A stretch of 34,600 nucleotides of DNA from a virus (IMGVR_UViG_3300037286_000263:1-34600), one strand, 5' to 3'. Positions 24,323 to 33,766 are shown, counted from the stretch's first letter. The notes: a model not told the origin generated them from the letters alone. A program made the numbers and translations.

Positions 24323-27300
24323 ATGGCAAACAAGATCGCCATCGAAATCGTCGTCAATGACAACGGCACCGTTGTGCTGAAGCAATTCGGCGACAACGCC
24401 GAGAAGTCGCTGCACGGCGCCGCGGCGGCCGCCAAAAAATCGGACAGCGCCTTCACCGGCATGGTGGGCACTCTGAAAAACATGGTGGGCCTGGCCGCCG
24501 CCGCCTTCGGTGTGCACGAGATCGCCTCCTACGCGTCGGAGACGATCAAACTCGCCGCCAGGGTGGAGACCCTGGGCGTCGTTCTGGGCGTGGTCGGCGA
24601 AAATGCCGGCTATTCCCGCGGCGAGATGGCCAGGTACGTCGATGAAGTGAAAAAAATGGGGATCACCACGGAGGTCGCCCACGACGCCGTGATCAAGATC
24701 GCCCAGGCGCAGATCAACGCCGCCGATTCCGCCAAGCTCGCCCGTGTTGCCCAGGACGCTGCCGTCATCGGCAATATCAACTCCTCCGATGCCTTTCAGC
24801 GGATGATCAACGGGATCCGGTCCGGCGAAGTCGAGATTCTCAAGACCATCGGCCTGAATGTCCAGTTTGAGCAGGGCTACAAGCGAATGGCCGCCGAGCT
24901 TGCGAAAAGCACCGACAGCCTCACCGAGCAGGAAAAAGCCCAGGCCCGGGCGAATCTCGTTATGGAGGCAGGCACCCGGATTTCCGGGGCTTATGAGGCG
25001 TCGATGGGCACGGCCGGCAAAATGATGGCCAGCCTGTCGCGCTATACCGAGGAACTCAAACTCGGCTTCGGCCAGCTCTTCAGCGGCGGCCTCACTGATT
25101 CCGTGTCCGGCGTGACGATGTTACTGAAAGACATGACCGCGTACATGGAGCAAATGCGATCGAGCGGCGCAATCGCCGAGATCTCCGACCTGGTCGCCAC
25201 CGGGTTGAAGATGGCCTGGAGTTCCGTCAAGGACGTCATCGAAGCCGTCTGGAATGCCATAAAACCTTTCGGGCCGATCATCGGCGAAGCGCTGCCCATC
25301 CTTGGCCTGGTGGCCGTTGGATGGGGGCACATCCTGGCCGTACTGAAACCCGTCGGCACGATCATCGGCGAGATCATTTCGTCCGTTTTTAACCTGGGGA
25401 AAATGGGCGGCAGCGTCTTCGGGATGCTGGGCGCGGCGCTGACCGGGCAATTCCAACTGGCCGGCCAGTACCGGGATCAGTTTCTCGCCTCTTATCAGTC
25501 CATTGCCGCATCCGGGGGCAAGGTCGTCGATGCCGTGGTGTCGGGCGTCGAGCAATCCATAATGGCCCATCAGCGGGAGCTGGACACCGCGGTGACCAAG
25601 TCCAAAGCCAGGACGGCCGCGGAACTGGCGGCCGAGGAGGCCATCAGCAAGGCCAGGGCTGAATCTGCGAAGGCGGAGAATCAGCGCCTGCTACAGCAGC
25701 AGGAGAACGAGAAGACGGCCGCCGATGTGGCCAAAAAAGCGGCCGAGACGCGCAAAAGGGCCGAAGAGTCGATCACGGAGGCCATCAGAAAGGCCAGGAT
25801 CGAAGCGGATGGCATCGGGAAGAGCCAGTACGAACAGGACATCATCCGGATCGCGGCGGAGGCCAAAAAATACGAGGAGGCCGGTGCGGGCAAGATCCTG
25901 GTGGCGCAGTATGTGGCCGTCCAGACGACGATCGCAAAGGAAAAGGCCCTGCAGGATGAGGTCAAAGCCGAACAAAAGCGGGCCGAGACCCTGTCCGTCC
26001 TCTACCGCGACCTCTATACCGACCTGCGTGGTTACGAGACGGACTATTACGCGGCGTCGGTGAAACTGCTGGACGACCAGGAGAAAAAATACAGGGCGGC
26101 GGGCGTGAGCGAGCGGGCGATCACGGCCTGGAAGACCGAGGAGATGATAAAGCTGGACCTCCGGCGGCTCAAAAGCTCCAACAATTTTGTGGACGGCGTA
26201 AAAGCCGGATACATAGAAATGACCCGCAGCCAGGAAACCTGGGGCAAGACGGGCCTGGCACTCTTTCAGACCTTCAACAAGCAGGCCACCAGCCAGCTCA
26301 GCACAAACCTCGTCAAGGTCTTCAAGGGGAAATTCGGCGAAATCGGCGCTGATTGGAACAGCCTCCAGGACTCGATGATCCAGTCGTTTTCCGATAGCCT
26401 GTCCAAAATGATCATCGAGGCGGCCACACAAGAAGTGGTCATGTTTTTCAAAACAACCTGGACGGAGAACGGGGCCAACGTCCTGGGGATCGTCAATAAA
26501 GTGCTCGGGTTTGCCGGGGATCTGTTCGGCGGAAGCAGCACTCCTACAGGGGGCGGGGGCATTGAATCCGGGTACGGATTTGAGAATCAATTTAACTCCG
26601 GCGGCCGGGTTGACTACCGGGGCGGCGGCCGGGTCGCCGGGATCGCCCCGTATCCCGGTGATCACCCCGGGAATGACATCGTCCCCGCCTGGCTGAGCCC
26701 TGACGAGATTGTCGTCCGGCGCGGCGCCGTCAACCCCGACACCGCGGAGATCCTCGACTATATCAACCGCTTCGGCCGCCCCCCGGCCTACGCTTTCGGC
26801 GGCCGGGTCATGAACGCGGTGACCGACACGCCAGGGCGAGGCTACTGGGGCTTTGGGGATCTCGTATCCATCGTCACGGGCGGTCTCTCGGATGTCTTCG
26901 GGATAACAAACGGCGGGCTGGGAAAAGACATTTTCATGCCCTTCCTGACGAGCACCGACAGGCTGGTGGAAGCCATCAAACAGAGCAACTGGGCTGATGC
27001 CGTCGACGCCGCTTTTGATCCGATTACCGGCCCGGGCATTGACGCCCTGACGCGGGGGTCGGGTAAGTACATCAACGACGTTGCCCCGTGGTTCGGCCAA
27101 CTGATGAACGTCGTGGCTCCCATCGTCGGCTCCATCGTCGGCGGCGTCTACGGCGGCCCGGCTGGAGCCGCGGGCGGCGCGGCGGCCGGGTCGGGTGTTG
27201 CGAGTAAATTCAATCAGTATTCGAACGAAGAGGCCTTGATAAAGGCCGGCGTGTCGGCGGCAGTGGCCTATGTGGCTACACCGGCCTCAAATGCTATCAA

Positions 27301-27889
27301 CGCGGGGCAGATCACCGCCGATATGGCAGGCAATGCAGCGTATAACGCGGCGATCCAGCAAGGGGCGACGGATGCAGCGGCGCAAGCGGCGTATGAGGCT
27401 GCGTTCCAGGAGACAATGCAGCAGGCTCTCAACCAGGCTTTGCTCGATGCAGGTTTGGGAACGATAAAAACTTTTGTTCGCAAGTGGCTGATCAACGAGG
27501 CACTGGGCTCGGTCCTCGACGATCCCTCGCGCGGGCAAATGAGCATCGACTACATGGGGGCGTCCGACAACGGGCTGATCGGTTCACTCTCCTCTCTGAT
27601 GGGTCAGATTGCCCCGCAATCGAGCACGTTTGCCTTCTCTGCTCCCTTCTCCGCCATGAATGGTCTCGATTACGTTCCGCGGGATAATTTCCGGGTCGAT
27701 GCCCACGAGGGGGAGGCTGTCCTGACCAAGGATGAAGCCACGGAGTGGCGCGACGGCAAACGCGGCCGGCGGGGCGACGTCATCCTCGAGGCGCACTTCC
27801 ACGGGACGGTCATCGATCGCAATGCCGTCAACGAATTCGCGGAGTTGCTCTACCCGCAGCTCAAAAAACTGGAGGCGTGGGGACACTAA
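24323..27889 (+). CDS. Tail tape measure protein
   Basis: 1188 aa, Ala-rich helical, hydrophobic segments, D.VPAWLSPDE.V and AHEGEAVLT motifs typical of siphovirus TMP C-termini. Confidence 0.93.
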   Translation: MANKIAIEIVVNDNGTVVLKQFGDNAEKSLHGAAAAAKKSDSAFTGMVGTLKNMVGLAAAAFGVHEIASYASETIKLAARVETLGVVLGVVGENAGYSRGEMARYVDEVKKMGITTEVAHDAVIKIAQAQINAADSAKLARVAQDAAVIGNINSSDAFQRMINGIRSGEVEILKTIGLNVQFEQGYKRMAAELAKSTDSLTEQEKAQARANLVMEAGTRISGAYEASMGTAGKMMASLSRYTEELKLGFGQLFSGGLTDSVSGVTMLLKDMTAYMEQMRSSGAIAEISDLVATGLKMAWSSVKDVIEAVWNAIKPFGPIIGEALPILGLVAVGWGHILAVLKPVGTIIGEIISSVFNLGKMGGSVFGMLGAALTGQFQLAGQYRDQFLASYQSIAASGGKVVDAVVSGVEQSIMAHQRELDTAVTKSKARTAAELAAEEAISKARAESAKAENQRLLQQQENEKTAADVAKKAAETRKRAEESITEAIRKARIEADGIGKSQYEQDIIRIAAEAKKYEEAGAGKILVAQYVAVQTTIAKEKALQDEVKAEQKRAETLSVLYRDLYTDLRGYETDYYAASVKLLDDQEKKYRAAGVSERAITAWKTEEMIKLDLRRLKSSNNFVDGVKAGYIEMTRSQETWGKTGLALFQTFNKQATSQLSTNLVKVFKGKFGEIGADWNSLQDSMIQSFSDSLSKMIIEAATQEVVMFFKTTWTENGANVLGIVNKVLGFAGDLFGGSSTPTGGGGIESGYGFENQFNSGGRVDYRGGGRVAGIAPYPGDHPGNDIVPAWLSPDEIVVRRGAVNPDTAEILDYINRFGRPPAYAFGGRVMNAVTDTPGRGYWGFGDLVSIVTGGLSDVFGITNGGLGKDIFMPFLTSTDRLVEAIKQSNWADAVDAAFDPITGPGIDALTRGSGKYINDVAPWFGQLMNVVAPIVGSIVGGVYGGPAGAAGGAAAGSGVASKFNQYSNEEALIKAGVSAAVAYVATPASNAINAGQITADMAGNAAYNAAIQQGATDAAAQAAYEAAFQETMQQALNQALLDAGLGTIKTFVRKWLINEALGSVLDDPSRGQMSIDYMGASDNGLIGSLSSLMGQIAPQSSTFAFSAPFSAMNGLDYVPRDNFRVDAHEGEAVLTKDEATEWRDGKRGRRGDVILEAHFHGTVIDRNAVNEFAELLYPQLKKLEAWGH

Positions 27890-28972
27890 ATGGGCAAGGC
27901 GCGCTTTCTCTCCCAAAATCTGATCACCGATGCAACGATGCTCTCGGTGCTGTCCCTGCGTCCCGGGATCGTCACGGCAGCCCTCAAAGAGGGCGTCGGG
28001 GCGGCCGGCATGACGCCCTCCGGCAACTACGCCGGGATGGCGGACAAGGAATACATCGTCGAGATCGATTCGATCGCCGGCGGCACGGAGATCGGCCAGG
28101 CCACATTCCGCTGGTCCGACGGCGGCGGCGCCTGGAACGCTACGGGCGTGGCCACCTCGGCCGCGGCAATCTCCCTCAACGAGAGCGTGTCCATCAAGTT
28201 CACCGCCGGATCCGGCGACGACTTTGCCCCGGCTGACCGCTGGTATTTCAAGGGCATCAACCTCTTTTCTCCTTCTGCAATGCTCGACCTGGACCGGGAT
28301 CATCGATACCGATCGGCAGCGCTGCACGCCCCCAATACGATCACTGTGGATTTCGGGACGGCCAGGGAGGTCAAGGCATTGATTCTGGGCGACCACAACT
28401 TCACCGCCGGCGCAACGATCCTCCTGGCGGGTGACGACGCCAATACCTTTGACAGCGACGGCGGAGCCGCGCAGATCTCCGAGGAGATCGCCTGGAGCGA
28501 GGAGATCATCCTCCACTATCCGGCTGTCACGGCAACAAAACGGTACTGGCGGATCAGTGTGACCGACGGGGACAACCCGGCCGGGTACATCGAGATCGGC
28601 GAGCTGTTCCTGGGCAGCTACCTGCAACTGTCTAAGAACTTTCAGGACGGTTATTCCGAGGAGATGACCGATCTTCTGGAGGCGAATGCAACGCCCTACG
28701 GTGTGGAGAGGGAGCGATTTTTCAACTCGCGGATGAGATTCGAGATCAACTATGAGCTGCTGCCGGCGGCTGACGTGTCCGGCATCAGGGCGATGCTCGC
28801 CGCTCTTCGGTCCCGAAGCGCCGGGACACGCAAACCCTTCTGGTTCAACAAGGATTCCGCCGTCGTCGCCGAGATCTGGCTGGTAAAGGCCGACGGCCTG
28901 CCCGCCCGGCATCGCACACTGAGCTATTTTAACGCGACCCTGATCCTGACGGAGGTGCTGGCCAGTGTATAG
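27890..28972 (+). CDS. Distal tail-like structural protein
   Basis: Immediately after TMP; beta-rich; RYWRI...D..N..GYIEIGELFLG motif. Confidence 0.72.
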   Translation: MGKARFLSQNLITDATMLSVLSLRPGIVTAALKEGVGAAGMTPSGNYAGMADKEYIVEIDSIAGGTEIGQATFRWSDGGGAWNATGVATSAAAISLNESVSIKFTAGSGDDFAPADRWYFKGINLFSPSAMLDLDRDHRYRSAALHAPNTITVDFGTAREVKALILGDHNFTAGATILLAGDDANTFDSDGGAAQISEEIAWSEEIILHYPAVTATKRYWRISVTDGDNPAGYIEIGELFLGSYLQLSKNFQDGYSEEMTDLLEANATPYGVERERFFNSRMRFEINYELLPAADVSGIRAMLAALRSRSAGTRKPFWFNKDSAVVAEIWLVKADGLPARHRTLSYFNATLILTEVLASV

Positions 28973-29471
28973 GGTGCCGATCAAATTCTACAACAAGTTG
29001 ATGGCCGGGGAGATCCCTGTCGCCTATGCCGTGATCCAGACACATCTGGGGTATCGGGCCTATGGCGAGAAGGAACTGACGGACGTCTTCGGGATCCTCC
29101 GGCTTCTGGCCGACGGGTCTGTCGTCGCCGGCGGCGGCGAAACGGCCGGTATGGACAGCACCGGGACGATCGAGAAGTCCGGCCGCATCGTGGGGATCGG
29201 AAAATTCGACAGGACAATCCAGCCGCGGGGCCGGAACGTGCTGGCCGCCTGGACGGGGAAGCAGGCCCAGCACTCGTCCATCGACCTGGATAACGCGGAC
29301 CGGTATTTCTCGCGGCTGATCGTCGCGGAACCCTTTCTTGGCCGCCCCTTAACGGTCTATGTGGGCATCGAGTCATCGCCGCAGTCGGAACACCTGCGGG
29401 TATTCTCCGGGCTGATCGCCGAAATCGGCGTCAATCGCACGGTCATGACGCTGGAGGTTGACGAGCGATGA
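28965..29471 (+). CDS. Tail tip protein
   Basis: GTG start with SD GGAGGT; IDLDNADRYF, V.V..G.......VFSG.I pattern of hub N-terminal domains; ATGA coupling to next gene. Confidence 0.7.
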   Translation: MYRVPIKFYNKLMAGEIPVAYAVIQTHLGYRAYGEKELTDVFGILRLLADGSVVAGGGETAGMDSTGTIEKSGRIVGIGKFDRTIQPRGRNVLAAWTGKQAQHSSIDLDNADRYFSRLIVAEPFLGRPLTVYVGIESSPQSEHLRVFSGLIAEIGVNRTVMTLEVDER

Positions 29472-30097
29472 ATCTGCGCGACACCTTCTATTTGCCCAGG
29501 GCCTGGCGCTACAGCGGCGCCAAGACCTCAAATGCCTGCCTGCCGTTGGTCTATGGAGATCTCACCGATGGCGACGAGGGCATCTGGGGGCTTCCATGCA
29601 TCGATACGGCCAATTTCATCTACTGTTACGCCGCCTTCCCGGTGTTGTCCGTCGCCGAAGGGAACACGGTGAGCATCTATGCCGACGGCGCGCTGGTCGA
29701 TTCATCCGGATACACCTTTCTCGAGTCGTCCGACTACCAGGGACAAGGCGCGATTGCCACGGTGGCTTTTGCGGCCGACCAGGCGAACAAGGTCATCTCC
29801 GCCCGGGGCAAGGGGAAGGCCGTGGGCGGCGTGCTGATTGAGAACATCGTGGAGATCATCGACGATATTCTGGTGGGGCAGAACGGCTTTGTGGGCGCCG
29901 ATCTCTACGAAGCCTCCAGGAAGGCCGCCGCGGCCCAGGTCTTCGATGCCCAGGGATACAAGGCCGCCGGCGTCATCGAGGGCGACGTGGTGCTCTGGGA
30001 TTTGATCCGGGCCATGATGGGGTCATTCCTCGGGTCGGCCTATCTGGACGGCGCCGGCCGGCTCGTGCTGGAAATCGATACGGGACTGATCATTTAA
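29468..30097 (+). CDS. Tail tip/hub protein, N-terminal part
   Basis: LPLVYGD and IEN.VEII.DIL...WDLI..MMGSFLG.AY.D..G.L motifs typical of tail hub proteins; ends abruptly after that motif. Confidence 0.7.
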   Translation: MNLRDTFYLPRAWRYSGAKTSNACLPLVYGDLTDGDEGIWGLPCIDTANFIYCYAAFPVLSVAEGNTVSIYADGALVDSSGYTFLESSDYQGQGAIATVAFAADQANKVISARGKGKAVGGVLIENIVEIIDDILVGQNGFVGADLYEASRKAAAAQVFDAQGYKAAGVIEGDVVLWDLIRAMMGSFLGSAYLDGAGRLVLEIDTGLII

Positions 30098-30115
30098 CGG
30101 CAAAAGGAGGATTTC

Positions 30116-30670
30116 ATGGAAAAGTATGTGTCGATCGATCAACTGATCGCGCGCCTGCAGGCGCAGCGCCAGCCTGGCGGGCCGCAGGCCAAATTCAGTC
30201 TCGGCGGCGTCTTCAAGGTTCAGTGCTTCGACAAAAACGGCAACCTGCGTTGGGAGGACACGGCGAAAAACGCAGTTACCGACCAGGGGCTCAATCATGC
30301 CCTGGACGTGGTGTTCCACGGGACCACTCCGGTCAGCCCCTGGTACATCGGCTTGATCACCGGGACGGGAACCCTGGCCGCTGCCGATACCCTGGCCAGC
30401 CACGCCGGGTGGACCGAGGGCACGGACTATACCGGGACGCGCAAGGAGTGGACCGAGGGGGCGGCAAACAACAAGGTAATGACAAACAGTGCCACCGTGG
30501 ACTTCGCCATCACTGGCCCGATGACGGTCAAAGGCCCTTTCCTGGCCTCCGTTACTTCCGGCGCGGACGGCACCCTGTTCTGCACGGCCCCGTTTATTGA
30601 TGGCGATCAGGCGGTGCGCTCCGGCGACACCCTGAAGGTCACCTACACGATCACGGCCAGCACAACCTAA
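30116..30670 (+). CDS. Tail fibre/baseplate-associated beta protein
   Basis: Strong SD AAGGAGG; N.VT.QG.N..L...F, WYIGL, GTL.C...F.......GDTL.VTY pattern seen in phage minor tail proteins. Confidence 0.75.
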   Translation: MEKYVSIDQLIARLQAQRQPGGPQAKFSLGGVFKVQCFDKNGNLRWEDTAKNAVTDQGLNHALDVVFHGTTPVSPWYIGLITGTGTLAAADTLASHAGWTEGTDYTGTRKEWTEGAANNKVMTNSATVDFAITGPMTVKGPFLASVTSGADGTLFCTAPFIDGDQAVRSGDTLKVTYTITASTT

Positions 30671-30682
30671 ACGAGGAAGGTT

Positions 30683-32251
30683 ATGGGCGCGAAGCTCGCC
30701 GACGGAACCTGGGTTGCAAATGGGAGCATCTATGCCGGCGCTCCGGGGCCGACCTACGCCTGGCTTGCCGACGGCTCCTGGACGGCCGGCGGCGGGCTGC
30801 TCGCGGGCAGCAATTTTGCTATTTCCGAGGGGGCATCCTCTGAAATGGCCCTTTCTGTCCTGGCGGCTTGCGTCGCTGGACGCCTGGGCGATGCCGCTGC
30901 AGGTCTGAGGCTCTCCGGGGCCGTCTCCGAAACGGCCCATTTTCCGCGGACGGCAGCAACCGAACTGGCCCTTGCGTCGGCGGCGGGCGGGCTTGGCATC
31001 CTCCTGCGATCGGCGGCAGCCACGATCGGACTGGCGCCGACGGACCGGGGCGTCGCGGATCTACTGCGGGCCGCTTCGGTTGTGATGGCGTTGACGTCTG
31101 GCGCTGCAGAACGGGCGGCATTCCCGGCATCGGTGACCGTGCCCTTTACCCTGATCGCCGGAGCGGGCGAGGTGGGCATATTTCCGGCCGGCGCGGCGGC
31201 TTTTTTGTCCGTCAACCCGTCGACCGCGGAAGTGGCAGCGTTCGTCAGCGCGGCGGCAATCGCACTGGCACTGTCGGCCGGCGTTTCGGAAACAGCGGCA
31301 TTTTCTGCCGGGGCCGGGGTAACAGTGACTATGGGCTCCAAGGCGGGCGAAATTGCGGTCTTCGTGTCCGACGCCCAGGCGTCCATGCTGATTGTCCCGA
31401 CACCGGCGGCCGTCGGTGAGTTTGTACGGGCATCCGAGGCTGTCGTCTCCCTGTCGCCCGGATCGTCGGAGGCGGCCGCCTTCCTGGCCGCGGCGGCGGG
31501 CGATATGATCCTGTCTGACGCGGCTGCCGAACGAGCCGATTTTCAGGCTTCTGCTGCTGTCCCCGTGGCCTTTGGGGCCGATTCCGGGGAGGTGGCCGAT
31601 TTTTCCCGCATCGCCTTGGCTACAATGAACCTGCGTGGCTGGTTCTGGGGGAGCGCCTGGGGCCTGCCCAGCTATGGAGGAGTATCAACCATGTTTGCGT
31701 CCATCATCCAGCGTCAGGACCTGGTATTCAACGGGGCGACACAGCGGATCGAGAACGTGATCAACCAGTGCCCGGTCAGCTATGCCTATAACTACATACG
31801 CAAGGCCTTCGCCGGTCACACCGACGATCCCGACCGGGCTGACTTGCGATCCCAGGGCGTCTATGGGATCCGGACCCCGGACGGCCCATTCCAGACGCCG
31901 TGGTGCCGGCACCTGGCATCAGCTCAAAACATTCAACGGATCATTGTTTTGAAGTTTCGCGACCCCTTGTGGGAAGCGGACGTCGATGACATGACGATGA
32001 AGCGGGTCAACGTGGATCTGGGCAATTTTGTGATCGCATCCATTGACACCCTCTACGATCGCACCGCGGAACCGCTTGTAAATCAGTATTGGAAGGTGCT
32101 GGGGGTAAGCCCGGACCCGGCGAAGGCGCGAATAAACTTCAGGTTGCTGCAGACGGGTGCCTTTTTGACCCAGGCCGATTTGGCAGCGGGCGACTACATT
32201 GCAGACGGCAGCCGCCATGCCGGCGGCCAGCGTGATACCACCACCTATTAG
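30683..32251 (+). CDS. Chimeric protein: Ala-rich 20-aa-repeat fibre fused to tail hub C-terminal part
   Basis: SD GAGGA; 12 in-register 20-aa repeats (30929-31648); C-terminal 186 aa non-repetitive with own SD GGAGG and in-frame ATG 31691. Confidence 0.75.
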   Translation: MGAKLADGTWVANGSIYAGAPGPTYAWLADGSWTAGGGLLAGSNFAISEGASSEMALSVLAACVAGRLGDAAAGLRLSGAVSETAHFPRTAATELALASAAGGLGILLRSAAATIGLAPTDRGVADLLRAASVVMALTSGAAERAAFPASVTVPFTLIAGAGEVGIFPAGAAAFLSVNPSTAEVAAFVSAAAIALALSAGVSETAAFSAGAGVTVTMGSKAGEIAVFVSDAQASMLIVPTPAAVGEFVRASEAVVSLSPGSSEAAAFLAAAAGDMILSDAAAERADFQASAAVPVAFGADSGEVADFSRIALATMNLRGWFWGSAWGLPSYGGVSTMFASIIQRQDLVFNGATQRIENVINQCPVSYAYNYIRKAFAGHTDDPDRADLRSQGVYGIRTPDGPFQTPWCRHLASAQNIQRIIVLKFRDPLWEADVDDMTMKRVNVDLGNFVIASIDTLYDRTAEPLVNQYWKVLGVSPDPAKARINFRLLQTGAFLTQADLAAGDYIADGSRHAGGQRDTTTY

Positions 32252-32263
32252 GAGGACAGACAG

Positions 32264-33361
32264 ATGGCATCGCAAGTGATTCAATATATGGAAGAAATGG
32301 TGGGTGCTGGTCACCCGACCAAGGCGGACACGCTCAACCGCGCCCTGCTGGTGGAGCATAACGACGACGGGACGCATAAATCAGCTTTCGGCTTGTCTCA
32401 TCTACAGCAGCTCATAAACAATCTGTCCCTCACAGCGACTGTTGGTTCAAAGTCGCTGACTATAGCAGTAAAGGGCGCGGATGGGGATAACTGCTCTGCT
32501 TCCAACATCGCCACAATTGCCTTTCGTAGCGCCACCCTGACCGACGGCAAGCCAGTATTCAGGACGGTTACGGGTGCGCTTTCTGTTGTTCTCTCGCCCG
32601 GGTCCACCCTCGATTTCGGCCCCGCCGAGGCGGGACGGATCTACGTATGGGCCATCGATAATGCCGGTACGGTGGAGCTGGCCCTTTCCAGGACCGCGGA
32701 CCTTTTCCCGGAAAGCAATCTTGTTTCGACCACGGCAGAGGGAGGGGCGGGTGCGGCTGATTCCGCAGCGGTTATGTATTCCACAACGGCGCGATCGAAC
32801 GTCGCCTGTCGCTGCATCGGATATGTCGAGATCACCACGGGAGCGACGGCCGGCGAGTGGGACAATGCCGCGACGAAAATCCAGGTCATGGGGCCGGGTG
32901 TGAAGCGGACAGGCGAAATCGTTCAGGACGTGTGGCAAACGACACAATCAGGAGTGGACGCATCGACGGCTTTCCCAAACGATGGCACTATCCCGCAAAT
33001 AACGGAAGGAGACCAGGCTTTTGCCAGAACGGTCACTGCAACAAGCGCCCTCAATCCGCTGATCGTTGAATCTGTTTGTCACTTGTCTCATGGTGCCGGG
33101 TCGACCAATTGCGGGATAGCATTATTCAGGGATGCGGTTGCAAATGCCCTTGCTACCGGTGGGAACGATACCCCCGGCACGTCGCGGCTGATGATGTTCA
33201 AGTTGAACCATGTGATGATCGCCGGCACTGTCAGCGCCATAGCGTTTCAGGTGCGGTTTGGCGGCGGCGGCGGCACCGCCCGGTTGAACTACCAAGACGG
33301 TGGCACCGGTTATGGTAACAAAAATACATCTTATTTGCGGATCACGGAGGTAATGGCATAA
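32264..33361 (+). CDS. Tail fibre / receptor-binding protein
   Basis: SD AGGAGG; short N-terminal anchor ending EHNDDGTH, then Thr/Ala/Gly-rich beta domains; distal tail position. Confidence 0.75.
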   Translation: MASQVIQYMEEMVGAGHPTKADTLNRALLVEHNDDGTHKSAFGLSHLQQLINNLSLTATVGSKSLTIAVKGADGDNCSASNIATIAFRSATLTDGKPVFRTVTGALSVVLSPGSTLDFGPAEAGRIYVWAIDNAGTVELALSRTADLFPESNLVSTTAEGGAGAADSAAVMYSTTARSNVACRCIGYVEITTGATAGEWDNAATKIQVMGPGVKRTGEIVQDVWQTTQSGVDASTAFPNDGTIPQITEGDQAFARTVTATSALNPLIVESVCHLSHGAGSTNCGIALFRDAVANALATGGNDTPGTSRLMMFKLNHVMIAGTVSAIAFQVRFGGGGGTARLNYQDGGTGYGNKNTSYLRITEVMA

Positions 33362-33672
33362 TGAATATAATACGTTGTATCCAAAAAATAATCCCCGGCT
33401 GGACGGGGGCGGTTTGGGACAACTCCTACGAAGGCATCAAGCCCAACGAAACAGAAACAAGGCCCATCCCGACACTGGCAGAACTCGAAGCTGTGTGGCC
33501 CGACGTGCAAAAAGACATAGCGCTGGATGACGTAAGATCAAATCGGGCAGCCGCGTATCCCGATTTCCGGGAATACCTGGACGGCATCGTAAAGGGCGAT
33601 CAGGCACAGATCCAAAAGTATATCGACGATTGCCTGGCTGTTAAGGCCAGGTATCCCTTGCCCAAGACATAA
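33361..33672 (+). CDS. Tail fibre assembly/chaperone-like small protein
   Basis: PIPTLAELEA and RAAAYP...YLD..........CLAVKARYP motifs common in genes after fibres; TAATG coupling. Confidence 0.7.
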   Translation: MNIIRCIQKIIPGWTGAVWDNSYEGIKPNETETRPIPTLAELEAVWPDVQKDIALDDVRSNRAAAYPDFREYLDGIVKGDQAQIQKYIDDCLAVKARYPLPKT

Positions 33673-33766
33673 AAGGCGGACAGTATTCCAGGGAGCACCA
33701 CCTCCCCAGACCAGGCGATTTCGACGCCCGACGGGATAACCCGCTACCATCCGCACAGTGAAACCG
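33670..33766 (-). ncRNA. Candidate small RNA (about 95 nt, four-way junction) antisense to the methyltransferase leader
   Basis: Minus strand folds as GCGGAUGGUA / GCGGG-UUAU-CCCGU / CGGGCG-UCGAAAU-CGCCUG / G / UCUGGGGAG-GUGGUG-CUCCCUGGA / A / UACUGUCCGC then CUUUU; six G-U pairs that would be A-C mismatches on the plus strand; own promoter upstream. Confidence 0.72.

Noticed and set aside
17442-28984. Long minus-strand ORFs (17442-18737, 18748-19749, 19806-20912, 25691-27100, 27584-28984)
   Set aside because: Shadow frames of GC-rich plus-strand structural genes; no SD, no recognisable motifs, composition typical of antisense frames.
33676-33754. tRNA gene (cloverleaf of tRNA size)
   Set aside because: Arm lengths are wrong (10/5/6/9 bp), with no canonical D-loop, T-loop position or CCA end; reported as a non-tRNA sRNA instead.
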